A stretch of 63,796 nucleotides of DNA, filler included, from Octopus bimaculoides (Eukaryota): NCBI RefSeq assembly GCF_001194135.2. It is 6 parts of 6 records of this genome, joined end to end, with 100 filler letters (N's around TTAATTAATTAA, not from the genome) between each part and the next. Parts side by side here need not be neighbours in the genome. Positions count along the whole stretch, not along the records: positions 1 to 6,106 come from NC_069005.1; positions 6,207 to 28,219 come from NC_068999.1; 4 more parts are not named here. One strand, given 5' to 3'. The position numbers and the translations under genes are program-made. This document shows positions 1 to 11,460 of the stretch, in pieces (within the stretch, counting starts at the first letter, position 1; each line of letters starts with the position of its first letter). The notes under the pieces were generated by a model. It did not search any database and was not told the origin of the DNA. It worked only from the letters and a program-made list of their open reading frames with translations.

Positions 1-42
<42 letters not shown>
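1..42. repeat. (TA)n microsatellite
   Basis: Pure AT dinucleotide run at the window start. Confidence 0.95.
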
Positions 43-45
<3 letters not shown>

Positions 46-211
46 TTTATATATTCATATTCATATATATTTATACTCACACATACACACATGTATGTAT
101 ATAAGTATATGTTTTTGTGTGACTTATACATACATCTATATATTTATATGTGTATGCATAGATATATTAAAGAAATGTCCGTTAATGTTACATGTTAAAT
201 CATAAACTCAC

Positions 212-241
212 AGGAATACCTGAATAGGTGTTCCCGTGTTA
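212..241 (-). other. Candidate 30-nt internal exon (unverified)
   Basis: On the minus strand: acceptor ...cccccacaacag, exon TAACACGGGAACACCTATTCAGGTATTCCT, donor gtgagt. Length is divisible by 3 and two frames are open (TREHLFRYS or NTGTPIQVF). No homology recognised. Confidence 0.25.
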
Positions 242-589
242 CTGTTGTGGGGGAATGTAATAACAATAGTAATAATAATAATAATAATAATAATCATAAA
301 AAAATTATAGAAAGAAGGAAAGAAAGAAAGAGTGATAGGACGAAAGAATGAAAGAAAGAAAGGGTTATAAATCACCATTTGAGATGTAGTGAAAATTTCT
401 GGCAAGAAATCGGGTTAGATTTTTAAATAGTTGGAAAAAAAAAACAAAAAAAAAAACCCAGCTTAAAAACTGACATAAAAAGAGCAAATCTCGCGACTTC
501 CGTAAATGATTGCAAAGCTCTGTTTTTACATGATCAATACTTTGTGTGCTTGAATACTCGACATTTCCTTCTTGCTGGATGGATGAATA

Positions 590-703
590 AATAACAACAA
601 CAACAATAACAATAATAATGATACTAATAATAATAATAATGATAATAATAATAATGATAATAATAATAATAATGGCAATAATAATAATGATAACAACAAC
701 AAC

Positions 704-752
<49 letters not shown>
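590..752. repeat. (AAT/AAC)n microsatellite
   Basis: Trinucleotide run; source of the poly-Ile ORFs. Confidence 0.95.
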
Positions 753-755
<3 letters not shown>

Positions 756-1074
756 TGTTTTAAAACAAAAAAAATGGAAAATAAATGGCAACAAACATAA
801 AACAAAAACAAACTAAAGTAACTGAAACATTAACACAATTGTTCTAACGAAACATGTATCACCACATTACTCGTTTACACGTTTAGAGGAAATACATAAG
901 AGGCTGTTACAATGTAAATGATAATTGATGCTTGACTAACCAGTTTTTCGGAAATTATACATCACACTCTTTCCAACTGTCCTACACTAGCTCTTATACA
1001 CAGTAGTAGTAGTAGTAGTAGTTGTGGTGGTGGTACCAAATGTAGCAGCAACAGTTGTTGTGTTGTGGTGGTGA

Positions 1075-1300
1075 TGGTAGGTCTCTTGCTGTTTGTTGTA
1101 TAGCCCAGGTCAGCTCCAGTCAAGCAGCCTAATGATCAAAAGATATAGCAGCTATGAATGAATGAATGAATCAATCTGTGTACCAACGACAGTGTTATTT
1201 GATGGTACCTCTTTGGTTTTTGAATGATATGGTAAGATTTGAGGGTAGTTTGGCTACTGTTTCTAGTAAGAAACAGCACTATTTAGATGCCGGTATTCTT
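1075..1300 (+). repeat. Unclassified interspersed repeat (family D here)
   Basis: Motifs gcccaggtcagc...atgatcaaaag and gatttgagggtagtttggctactgtttctag recur, degenerate, at about 36270-36510 (minus), 39590-39780, 41910-41970 and 46790-46830. Confidence 0.5.
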
Positions 1301-1489
1301 GTTGCTAGTGATAATTTGTAGCATAAGCATGTTGTTTTATAGTCATCCATAATGGTGGTGCTCCAGTGTGGCTACAGCCTTTGGTCTAGAATACATAAAG
1401 AAATATATGTCTCACTAATTACGTTTCTTTGACGATGTTTTTCAAAATGTTTTTTGCCAATCTTGACGATGTGACTTCAGATGATAAAT

Positions 1490-1982
1490 GGTTCCGACAA
1501 AAGTCCTGCCAATGATCTGGCCTCTTGCTCCTACCCTACAATGTCATTGTAACATTAAGCAGTCACAATATTGAAATCTTGAAGCTTCATGACAATTCTT
1601 TCTACTAAAGGCACAAGACTGCTATTAGACTGCGGTCATGCTGCAGCACTGCCTTGAAGAATTTTTAATCAATGAATCGTCTGCAATCCTTTTTTTAAAT
1701 CCCTGGGGGAGGGGACTAGTCAATTACATCNNNNNNNNNNNNNCGTGCGTAACTGGTACTTAATTTATTGACCCCAAAAGGATGAAAGGCAAAGTCATCC
1801 CCAGCAGCATTTGAACTCAGAATGTAAAGACAAACGAAATTCCACTAAGCATTTTGCCTGGTGTGCTGACGACTCTGTCATCACGCCACCTTGAAGTTTC
1901 ATGATAATGTATGATTAATCCAAAACAGTGAGAATAAAGAAGCATTACACCTGACTGAATAATCAGAATGGTAAAGGGTTAA
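1490..1982 (+). mobile_element. piggyBac-type non-autonomous element (right part), interrupted by SINE
   Basis: Ends in ...aatggtaaaggg|TTAA (1979-1982). The internal motif ctacaatgtcatt...cttgaagct.c.tga.aat recurs at 2030-2161 and 14370-14535. Confidence 0.6.
1597..1889 (-). mobile_element. SINE family B copy carrying a family A 3' fragment
   Basis: Reverse complement of the family B consensus. Flanked by a near-identical 19-bp direct repeat: cttgaagcttcatgacaat (1578-1596) and cttgaagtttcatgataat (1890-1908). Confidence 0.75.
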
Positions 1983-2019
1983 ACCAACCATACCTGGTTC
2001 AAATACTCTGTCTGTCTCT

Positions 2020-2161
2020 TCTCCATTCAAACTGACCAGATCTAGCACCTCACACATACTTTACAATGTGTTTCTAAACATCAACAATAACACCATAAAA
2101 TCTTGAAGTAAATAAATCAGCATCATATTTGACAGAGAAGTCTGACTGCTTAAAGGGTTAA
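2020..2161 (+). mobile_element. Second piggyBac-type MITE right end
   Basis: Ends gcttaaaggg|TTAA (2158-2161); homologous to 1490-1982. Confidence 0.55.
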
Positions 2162-2384
2162 CTGTTTTGATACCAACTTATCTGAATCTACTTCTACTTT
2201 AACTTTAAATTACTATACTCTTTTAGTTTACTAGTAATTCAGCACTCTGGACCCTTCTGATACCAACCTGCCTTAGACTGCCCTTAGTTCTTTGACCCAA
2301 ACTTCCTGTTTAAAATCATCCAAATTAAAACTGTTCATCAAAATTCTGTGTTAAATTATTTTATAAACATTAGCTTAATAATTC

Positions 2385-2960
2385 CTTCTACTATAGGCAC
2401 AAGGTCTGAAATTTTGGAGGAGGGGGGGGCTAGTCGATTACATTGTGCGTCAACAGGATGCTGAATGCACTTTTGCCGAAGAACAAGAAGCTTAAGTCAA
2501 GAAGCCGAATGAACACAATGCTGAACAGACATAAAACCAAACGGACACAATACCAAATGGACATAAAGTCGATTGGATACAATAATAATAATAAAAAAAC
2601 ATTTTTACCTCCATAGTTTAATGACTAATTCACTAATTTGGCACTTAAGATTTAACGAAATTAAATTTTAATTTTCGTATGTTTTTCCAGCATCTTGTCC
2701 ATGTCCATTCGGCTTTATGTCCATTCGGCATTGTGTCCTTTCGGTTTCTTGGCTTTGGCCTCTTGTTCTTCTGCAAAAGAGCTTCTGGCATCTTGTCTGT
2801 GTACCGGTTACATCAACCTCAGTGTTCAACTGGTGCTTATTTTAACGACCCTGGAAGGATGAACGGCAAAGTCTACCTCAGCTGAAATTGAACTCAGAAC
2901 GTCAACAATGGACGAAATGCTGCTAAACATTTTGCCCAGCATACCAATGATTCTACCAGC
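2385..2960 (-). mobile_element. SINE family B split by a MITE insertion
   Basis: SINE 3' part at 2385-2443 and 5' part at 2805-2960, colinear with other family B copies. Confidence 0.75.
2444..2804. mobile_element. Mutator-like MITE with long imperfect TIRs
   Basis: About 100-bp inverted arms (gcacttttgccgaagaacaagaag... versus ...ctcttgttcttctgcaaaagagc). 9-bp flanking duplication cgattacat / cggttacat. Confidence 0.6.
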
Positions 2961-3214
2961 TCAACATCTCCAAACGTTAGCTTCATAATGACAAAGTTAT
3001 TTCGCTAAATTCTTCCTTATTTTCAAAATTAATTGAAACAAGGACAGCTTATTTTAGTAGCAATAGGGAAACAAAGGGGTGCTCAAAATCATGTCAGGGG
3101 TGTTTATCAACCCCTTGAATAAAAAAAATAGCCAACCCTGCAAGGGACAATGCTGACCTCTTTGCCAGCCCCTGGTCTACGGGACGTCAGTACATCCTGG
3201 CTCGTTGTCAGAAC

Positions 3215-3352
3215 ACCCCAAGCAAAACAGACCGATAGAATAAGTACTAGGCTTACAAAAATAAGTCCTGGGGTTAATTTGCTCGACTAAAAGTGGTGCT
3301 CCAGCATGGCCACAGTCAAATGACTGAAACAAGTAAAAGAGTAGAGTAAAGA
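3215..3352 (+). mobile_element. SINE family A 3' portion
   Basis: gaccgatagaataagtactaggcttac...gctccagcatggccacagtcaaatgactgaaacaagtaaaagagt matches other copies. Confidence 0.85.
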
Positions 3353-3379
3353 GTAATAACATGTATTGTATAATATATT

Positions 3380-3900
3380 GGTGGTGTATCTGCTGTGCTG
3401 GTGGTGGTGGTGGTAATGATGGTGGTGGTAGTGGTGGTGGTGGTGGTGACGGTGGGGGTGGGTGAATGTAGTGATACCTGTGATATGAGAGGTGGTGGTA
3501 ATGATGGTGGTGGTAGTGGTGGTGGTGGTGGTGGTGACAAAGGTAGTAGAGGCAACAGCGGTAATAAGTGGTGAACACTTGTAATAGTATTGGCAGTAGT
3601 AGTGACGATGGTTTAGATGTTGTTATTGTGGTGGTTGTTGTTGTTCTTGGTGGTGGTGGTGGTGGTGGCATCGTTGGCAGTGACAATAATGTTGTTGCCA
3701 TATTAGTGATCATTATTGTAATGTTGATGTTGTTTCTGTTCTTGCTGATGTTGTTACGTTGGTGTTATTGTTGATGCTGTTGTTAATAGTATAGTGTGGT
3801 GGTTGCGGTGGCGGTGGTGGTGGCGGTGGTAATGGTTCTGTTTTATAATTTGATTACCAAAAATTGTTTAGAGTTGTGCAAGTTAAAGAGATTAATGCCG

Positions 3901-3997
<97 letters not shown>

Positions 3998-4085
3998 GGC
4001 GCCGTCACCGCCGCTGGAAGCCTCCACCTCCACCTGCCATCGTCGTCATCGCTGCAGTCAACAACAATTACAACAACAACACCAG
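3380..4085. repeat. Compound (GGT)/(GTT)/(GCT)/(CAA) low-complexity tract
   Basis: Includes (GTT)n followed by (GCT)n at 3899-3995. Confidence 0.9.
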
Positions 4086-4196
4086 CGACACTATTAACCT
4101 AAGCAATCATAAGCAAAAAATAAATAAATAAATAAATAATAAAACCAACTCAAATCCTAAACAAAAAAACAAAAACAAATGGAACAAAAGCACATC

Positions 4197-4198
<2 letters not shown>

Positions 4199-4230
<32 letters not shown>

Positions 4231-4256
4231 CTCATTCTCTATATATATGCATGTAG

Positions 4257-4297
<41 letters not shown>

Positions 4298-4635
4298 GTC
4301 TATTTGTCTATGTATGTATGTATGTATTTATATGTGTGTGTATATACACTTATGTATACAAATATGTACATATATATGTGTATGTATGTATGTATGTATG
4401 CATGAATATATATATATATATATACACACGTATGTATGTGTACATACATATATATGCAAATGAAGGTGTATGTATTCATATGTACACATGTATATATGCA
4501 TATATATATATATATATATACACACACATTCACAGAGAGAGAGAGAGAAAGTGAGATCAGGTGTGCAGTTGCCTTATATGCACACACACATACTCACAGA
4601 CATATGTATACTCATACACACACATATACATTCAC

Positions 4636-4675
<40 letters not shown>

Positions 4676-4790
4676 CGATATCAGGTGTGCAATTGCCTTA
4701 TATGCACACACACACACATGCAAACATATGTATACACAAACACGCTCATCTCTGTATGTATGTATAAATACATACACTTATGTTATATAC
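4199..4790. repeat. TG/TA/GA microsatellite mosaic with a ~105-bp tandem duplication
   Basis: The unit cacattcacagagagag...gatcaggtgtgca.ttgccttatatgcacacacaca occurs twice (about 4520-4620 and 4625-4745). Confidence 0.85.
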
Positions 4791-5332
4791 TTACATAGAT
4801 GCATGCATCCTGTTCTGCAAATGGCAAGAGAAAGAGACTGGTTAATGTGTGCAGGGGAAAGCTGGAGGTAGCGCTGGAATGATATAAAACTACAGAGATA
4901 AAGAGAGAGTGAGAGAGAGAGAGAGAGAAGGACAGAAAGAGAAGAGAAAGGATTAAATACAGAGTGAGGGGAAAGAGCATGAGTAAAAGAGAGTGAGTGA
5001 AAGGACATGAGAGAGAGAGAGAGAGAGAGAGAGGAAGCGATAAAGTTACCTAAAGATTAATGGCTATAGTAATAGCAAGTAAAATCTGGAAAACGAAATG
5101 ATGCTTCTACATGCGTGTTTATGGATGTATGGAGGGCATGTTTGTGTGTGTATATGTGTGTGTATGCGTGTGTGGTTGTATGAGTGAGCGTGTGATTATC
5201 TGGGTGCGTGTTCATGTGCGTGTTTATGCGTGTGTTTGATTCTGTGAATGTGTTAATGATGATAAAATTGAATTTACAAATGGAGAGGTGCTAAGTAGAA
5301 GATAGCTTTTTCATGGCATTTATGTATGCACG

Positions 5333-5367
<35 letters not shown>

Positions 5368-5428
5368 TCAAACATATATGTGTATAAATACGCACACACA
5401 CACACACACACACATATATATGTATATA

Positions 5429-5913
5429 GGCGCAGGTGTGGCTGTGTGGTAAGAAGCTTGCTTCCCAAGCAGTTGGTTTGGAGTTCAGTCCCACTGTGTG
5501 ACAACTTAAGCAAATTTCTTCTACTATAGCCTCGGGCTGACTAAAGCCTTGTGACTAGATTTGGTAGACGGAAACTGAAAGAAATCCATCACATATATGT
5601 GTGTGTGTCTTTGTGTCTGCGTCCCCCCCCCAACACCATCACTTGACAACTGATGCTGGTATGTTTATGTCCCCATAACTTAGCAGTTTGGCAAAAGAGA
5701 CCAATAGAATAAGTACTAGGCTTCAAAAGAATAAGTCCTGGGGTTGATTTGCTCGACTAAAGGCGGTGCNNNNNNNNNNCTTAGCAGTTTGGCAAAAGAG
5801 ACCAATAGAATAAGTACTAGGCTTCAAAAGAATAAGTCCTGGGGTTGATTTGCTCGACTAAAGGCGGTGCTCCAGCATGACCACAGTCAAATGACTGAAA
5901 CAAGTAAAAGAGT
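5429..5913 (+). mobile_element. SINE family A, near full length (tRNA-like head)
   Basis: Head ggcgcaggtgtggctgtgtggtaagaag...gagttcagtccc (A/B-box-like), internal (TG)n, 3' tail aaacaagtaaaagagt. About 90 bp are repeated across the 10-N gap. Confidence 0.9.
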
Positions 5914-6073
5914 TAACTAGTATTGGAGTTGTTTAGTTTGACTAAAGCTTTCAAGGGTGGCACACCAGCATGGCCGCAGTCCAATGACTAAAACAAGGGA
6001 AACATTATATATATATATATATAGATATGCAGGGCAGGGAATCGTCAATTAGTAATAAAATAATATATTTATG

Positions 6074-6106
<33 letters not shown>

Positions 6107-6262
6107 NNNNNNNNNNNNNNNNNNNNNNNNNNNNNNNNNNNNNNNNNNNNTTAATTAATTAANNNNNNNNNNNNNNNNNNNNNNNNNNNNNNNNNNNNNN
6201 NNNNNNACACACACATATATATATATAAGTATATATTTTCATACATACAAATGTGTGTGTGT

Positions 6263-6298
<36 letters not shown>

Positions 6299-7296
6299 GT
6301 GTGTTTGTAAAATACTTTGTAAGCATCAGCCAAACCTATTTTTTATTATAACATCGATTTCAATGTATTAATTATGAACAATTTATTTTCAAACTTGGCT
6401 GTGTTTTTCAAGCTATTATACGTCCATCAATTTTTTCTTTGTTCGTTAGGTTTGTATTTTACTTTGATTCCAATTTTTGGCTACATTAGATATGAAAGAA
6501 TTATAGATTTGCGATATGTGTGAAGCACAGAGATTTCAATGATCAAAAGGCGAATTTGCCAGCATTTCGTTTTCTTTTAACCTGATGAATAGACGCTACA
6601 CAAAACAAACCGAAAAGTCTAAAGTTCCCAGGGATAATTTAATAAAGGGTGGGGGTAGATACAAAAGAGAATAAAAAATGCTAAAAGGGTATAGAAATAC
6701 AAAATAATTCCACATAAACAAAGTGTTATTTGACCTTCAGCACTTAAAATGGATTTCAAAGTTTATATATATACATATATATNNNNNNNNNNNNNNNNNN
6801 NNNNNNNNNNNNNNNNNNNNNNNNNNNNNNNNNNNNNNNNNNNNNNNNNNNNNNNNNNNNNNNNNNNNNNNNNNNNNNNNNNNNNNNNNNNNNNNNNNNN
6901 NNNNNNNNNNNNNNNNNNNNNNNNNNNNNNNNNNNNNNNNNNNNNNNNNNNNNNNNNNNNNNNNNNNNNNNNNNNNNNNNNNNNNNNNNNNNNNNNNNNN
7001 NNNNNNNNNNNNNNNNNNNNNNNNNNNNNNNNNNNNNNNNNNNNNNNNNNNNNNNNNNNNNNNNNNNNNNNNNNNNNNNNNNNNNNNNNNNNNNNNNNNN
7101 NNNNNNNNNNNNNNNNNNNNNNNNNNNNNNNNNNNNNNNNNNNNNNNNNNNNNNNNNNNNNNNNNNNNNNNNNNNNNNNNNNNNNNNNNNNNNNNNNNNN
7201 NNNNNNNNNNNNNNNNNNNNNNNNNNNNNNNNNNNNNNNNNNNNNNNNNNNNNNNNNNCTTATATGTATAAGTGTGTAAAATTAACTCACGCTTAC

Positions 7297-7410
7297 ATAG
7301 GGGCGTACATTACACACAGACAGAGAAACTGTGCGAGGAACTTAGCAGTAAGAGGGAAATTGAAGAGAAACGACGAAATGTTTTCAATAGGCCGAATCAA
7401 TGATTACAAG
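7297..7410 (-). other. Candidate non-coding (5' UTR-like) exon
   Basis: Minus-strand acceptor taatttcag at 7411 and two tandem donors (gtaagc at 7296, gtgagt at 7290). Stops in all three frames. Confidence 0.3.
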
Positions 7411-8058
7411 CTGAAATTATATTAGATTTGTTTTAATAATTTTCAGTTGTTCCATTTCACATTTCTTTAATGTAACTTCAAATTTAAACAATTTATTTTT
7501 TCCGTATGTATTTTCTGAAAGCTCCCATGCTATTTATATCTGGAAGCTGATTAATCAATTGATTGATATGTATATCTGCGCAAATTATAATGTTGAATTG
7601 TAGACACTGATATTGTCTTACATCAGCATGTTCCGCTCTATTATTATATCTGCGATTATCTATCTTTTAAAATGATTCATACCTCATGTCATCTTTTAGA
7701 CATAGAAAATATGACATCTGGATTATTTATTACATAATATCATACTGCATGTTATTGAAGGAAGATTATATTGTATCAGTAAAATATGAATGAATATTAC
7801 CGCGTGTGGTGCCTTTGTCTTTCAATAAAAGCGCAATGGCGATAGTGAAGCATACCGCACAATTACTATTGCTAGAATGATGACTCGGACGAATATGACC
7901 AAATACAAAGAAAATGAAATACTGAAAAGAAATTGCAAGCAATAAGCATGCAGAAAAGACAAAAAAGAAAAGTTAATGTATCTCACTAGATACATAAAGG
8001 AAAGGTAGACAACACTAGAAAATAAATTTTCAACAAAATAACGAACTCCAACGCTGTC

Positions 8059-8106
8059 ACGGAAGTAGCATTGTCTCATAATATTTCCTTTGCTTCTAGC
8101 CAATCA
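8059..8106 (-). promoter_or_regulatory. Candidate TATA-less promoter (ETS-like CGGAAGT plus CCAAT box)
   Basis: acggaagt at 8059-8066 and agccaatca at 8098-8106, in repeat-free sequence upstream of a minus-strand donor (gcg|gtaata at 7801/7800). Confidence 0.3.
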
Positions 8107-9134
8107 CACGCTATCATCCACAAAATCTCTTTAGCAATATTGGTTTGCTGCACTTCGTTTAGATATAATATGTAGGACGCATTCTGTTTCCAAATGCATA
8201 GCGAGAACGTGAATTACTCTGGAAAATAAACTCATTATACGATTCATTTGGATCTTTCTGCTCATGACAAGTCATTTGCTCATTCAGGGAAACTTTTACT
8301 GTATATATTCTTGCGCCACAGGTCAGATAGTGAACTCATGTTATTCCTTAATAATAATTAGGCACACGAACAGCAATTTGAAGGAGGGGTTTGCCACAAC
8401 CTTCAGATCAATACTTCAATGGTTCTATATTTTAACGAAAGACGAGACGTGGCCAATAGGTCAAGAGGTATACATGAATATCACTTCACTTGTTACATTT
8501 TGAAATGCTGATCATCCCTCTAAATCAGTACCCTTACAGATACGATTAATTTTGCTTTTATTTTAATTAAAATATTTTTCGCTGTATTTTTTAATATTTC
8601 TTTTCACTACTCTTTCTAATATTCTGCAATATATATATGCTATTTCCTCAATCAGTTTCCTATCTATTAACACTATCTATTAACACTATAGCTAGTAGTA
8701 CTCCTGCAGTCGTTCCTATTAGATATAAGGTACTTTTTTTGTTTTATTTATTTATTCACTCATTCCTTCAACTACTACCAGCTTTCACTGTCAGTTCTCT
8801 TATGCTCATTGCTATTTAAACATTCTAACAGCATCTTAACCCATTTCCTTCACTCCTATATAAAACACAGCTCATTACTGTTCCTCTTTTTGTTTCTTGT
8901 CATCTTCTTGTTCATTCTCTCTTTTCTCTTTTCTTCATTTTCTTCTCGTTTCGCTTTTCCATTAATCTTAATATTTTGTCTCCGCCACCAGAGGAAATAT
9001 TCCTATAGATGTGTTAATCCCATTATTTTTCAGCCATCATTGGCTTGCAGATGCTGTATACCAAAAGGTACAGCCCGAAGTACCATGATACTGACTCGAA
9101 CCAAATAAAATAGTAACATCAAAATTAATGTAAT

Positions 9135-9310
9135 GCGCCGAACTGGCAGAATCTTTAGCACACCGGGCAAAATGCTTAGCGGTATTTAGTCCTTCTTTAC
9201 GTTCTCAGTTCCAATGCCGCCGAGTCTGACTTTGCCTTTCATCGAACACAGGAGTCGGTTTAATTGAGCTCCCGCTCCCCTGAAATTACTGGCCGTGTGC
9301 ATGAATTTGA
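9135..9310 (+). mobile_element. SINE family B (degenerate)
   Basis: gaactggcagaatc...aaatgcttagcggtattt...gactttgcctttcatc. Confidence 0.8.
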
Positions 9311-9361
9311 AACAGATATTGAAATTCATGTATGGTGTACAAACACACATATGTTTAAATG

Positions 9362-9465
9362 TTGGCTGTGTGATAAGGAACTTCCTTCCTAACCACATGG
9401 TCCTTGTTTCAGTCTCACTGCATGGCAACTTGCACAATAGTCTTCTACTATAGCCTCGAGCAGAC
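9362..9465 (+). mobile_element. SINE family A head fragment
   Basis: ggctgtgtgataagg...aaccacatgg...tcttctactatagcctcg. Confidence 0.75.
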
Positions 9466-10459
9466 TCTTTATGTTAGACTCTTTATGTGAACTCTTTATC
9501 TTGTAGCAAATATCCTCGTTTTGCTTCTACGTCTTCTATTTAAAATGTGTGTGTGCGTTTGTGTGTGTGTGTGTATGTGTGTGTGTGTGTGTGTGTATGT
9601 GTGTGTGTGTGTGTGCTTCTTTTTAGGCAATGAAAACAACAAAAGGAGATACTAGATAAGTTTTCTTTATAAAATGCCCTACTTTTTTTTATTTCTGAAA
9701 AAGAAGGGAATGTTGATTGATATACAAATATAAGTTTGAATTTGATATCAATACAATATACTACGCTAAACATATACTATTTGACTTTTAGAATTACACT
9801 GTTCCGGTATAAAGTATAAGGAAACTATAATTCTTATACATATAAATGCATGCATATTAAATAACTATAGTTTGCTGTGATGGATTTTTATCCTGCAAAA
9901 GCCTTGCATTATAGGTTATATGTTTTGCAAGGACAATTTAATTATCAATGAATATGTAAATACTCCAGGCTACACAAAAGTATATGTTCAAAAGATACAT
10001 GAAGTTAGGCATCTAGACCTATTCCATAGAAAGCAACCAAATTACACCTACTGACACATCATGTAACTAACTACCAAAGGCACAAACCTAATTATGCACA
10101 CCTGTATACATAGTTATACATACACATATAAATTCTAACCAATAGCATACGCCTAAATTTATTCAATAAAAATGTCTCCAAATATCTTCTCTATAACAAC
10201 ATAACCTACAACCTAATTACCATTCTGCTCAAAGACACAAACTCAAGACATATTTTAACCCAACAGGAACTATATAAAGCCAACATTAACTTCAGTTCAT
10301 CGCAGTTCGACGATGACACTTAAGTGGTCGAAATTTTGAAGACTAATTTTTAATATAACTTAAAATGAAAATAGACATCATGTATATGGTTTCATGCACA
10401 CGCGTGTGTGTATCACAATGAGATACGAATAATGTTATTTGTTTATTCTTTTTAATCGG

Positions 10460-10665
10460 TTACATATTTCAGTCTTTATACTACAGCCATGCTAGGGCAC
10501 GCCTCGAATGAATTTTAGTCGAATGAATATATCCCAGTACTTATTTTCGTAATCCTGATTCTTATTCTGTCGACTCCTTTTGCCGAATCGTTAATTTACG
10601 AAGACGTAAGCACACCATCATCTGTTGTCAAGCGGTGGGAGGTAGCAAACACAGACACAAAGGAA
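10460..10665 (-). mobile_element. SINE family A-related 3' fragment
   Basis: Reverse complement of the ...gcatggc / agtacttatt / ttgtcaagcggtgg motifs. Confidence 0.65.
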
Positions 10666-10711
10666 CACACACACACACACATACACACACACACACAAAC
10701 ANNNNNNNNNN

Positions 10712-10749
<38 letters not shown>

Positions 10750-10751
10750 AT

Positions 10752-11460
10752 GAAGATTCTCAGATGTAAGAAGCCGAAACTGTAGTAATAATTGGAAACT
10801 TGACTGATATATAGAAATCCACGAATGTACCGTCCTGGTCTTCTTGCCTGTCTATGTATCGCCTATCTTTTAAGTTTTTGTTCTGTTTTGGGGGATTTAT
10901 ATATACATATATCAGCGTACGTACACCTTTTGCTCAGGTTGTAAGCAAGTATATATCCAAACTTGGTACGACTTCTTTTTTTCCTGCTTTCCTTTTCTTG
11001 CTTCTTCTCTCTCACTTTCTTGGCATTCTCTTCATTTCTATTTTCCTTTTCTCACTCTCTCTCTCTCACATTTCTTGAAATTCACTTTCTTTAGTCTCTC
11101 TACTTTCATCTGTTATCTCCCTTGTATTTTCCCCTCCCCTCTCTCTCTAGTTCCTTCCTTAATTCTTCAATCCCTCTGCTCGCTATCTCTCTCTGTTCCT
11201 CCCACGTGCTTGGTACTCGGCCAAGCATGATCTTTTTTCTTGGCCTGACCGCCGCTCGCACAACACCTTATTTTCCTGTCTCCTGACTTTAATCTATGTT
11301 TGTTGCCGTAAAGCTTCCACTTCACACTCCAGCTTAACTTGACTTCTCCTTTTAGTCGAAAGACACCTGGTGTTATTCTTGTTGTATATATTTGTAATCG
11401 TGTAACATTTTCTCCGTCTTCTTGTTTTGTCTGTCCATGTTGTCGCACATATTCGCCCGC
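10752..11460. mobile_element. Possible Penelope-like element remnant with degenerate hammerhead motif
   Basis: cagatg-taagaagcc-gaaac-tgta-gta resembles a minimal type I hammerhead. The minus-strand ORF 11167-11448 (RLKGEVKLSWSVKWK...) faintly recalls the C-terminus of PLE GIY-YIG domains. Weak. Confidence 0.25.

Noticed and set aside
6151-6162. TTAATTAATTAA recurring inside N-runs (also 28264, 42842, 58147, 62374)
   Set aside because: It is always centred in a ~100-bp N spacer, palindromic, and gives stops in all six frames. This is an assembly gap linker, not biology.
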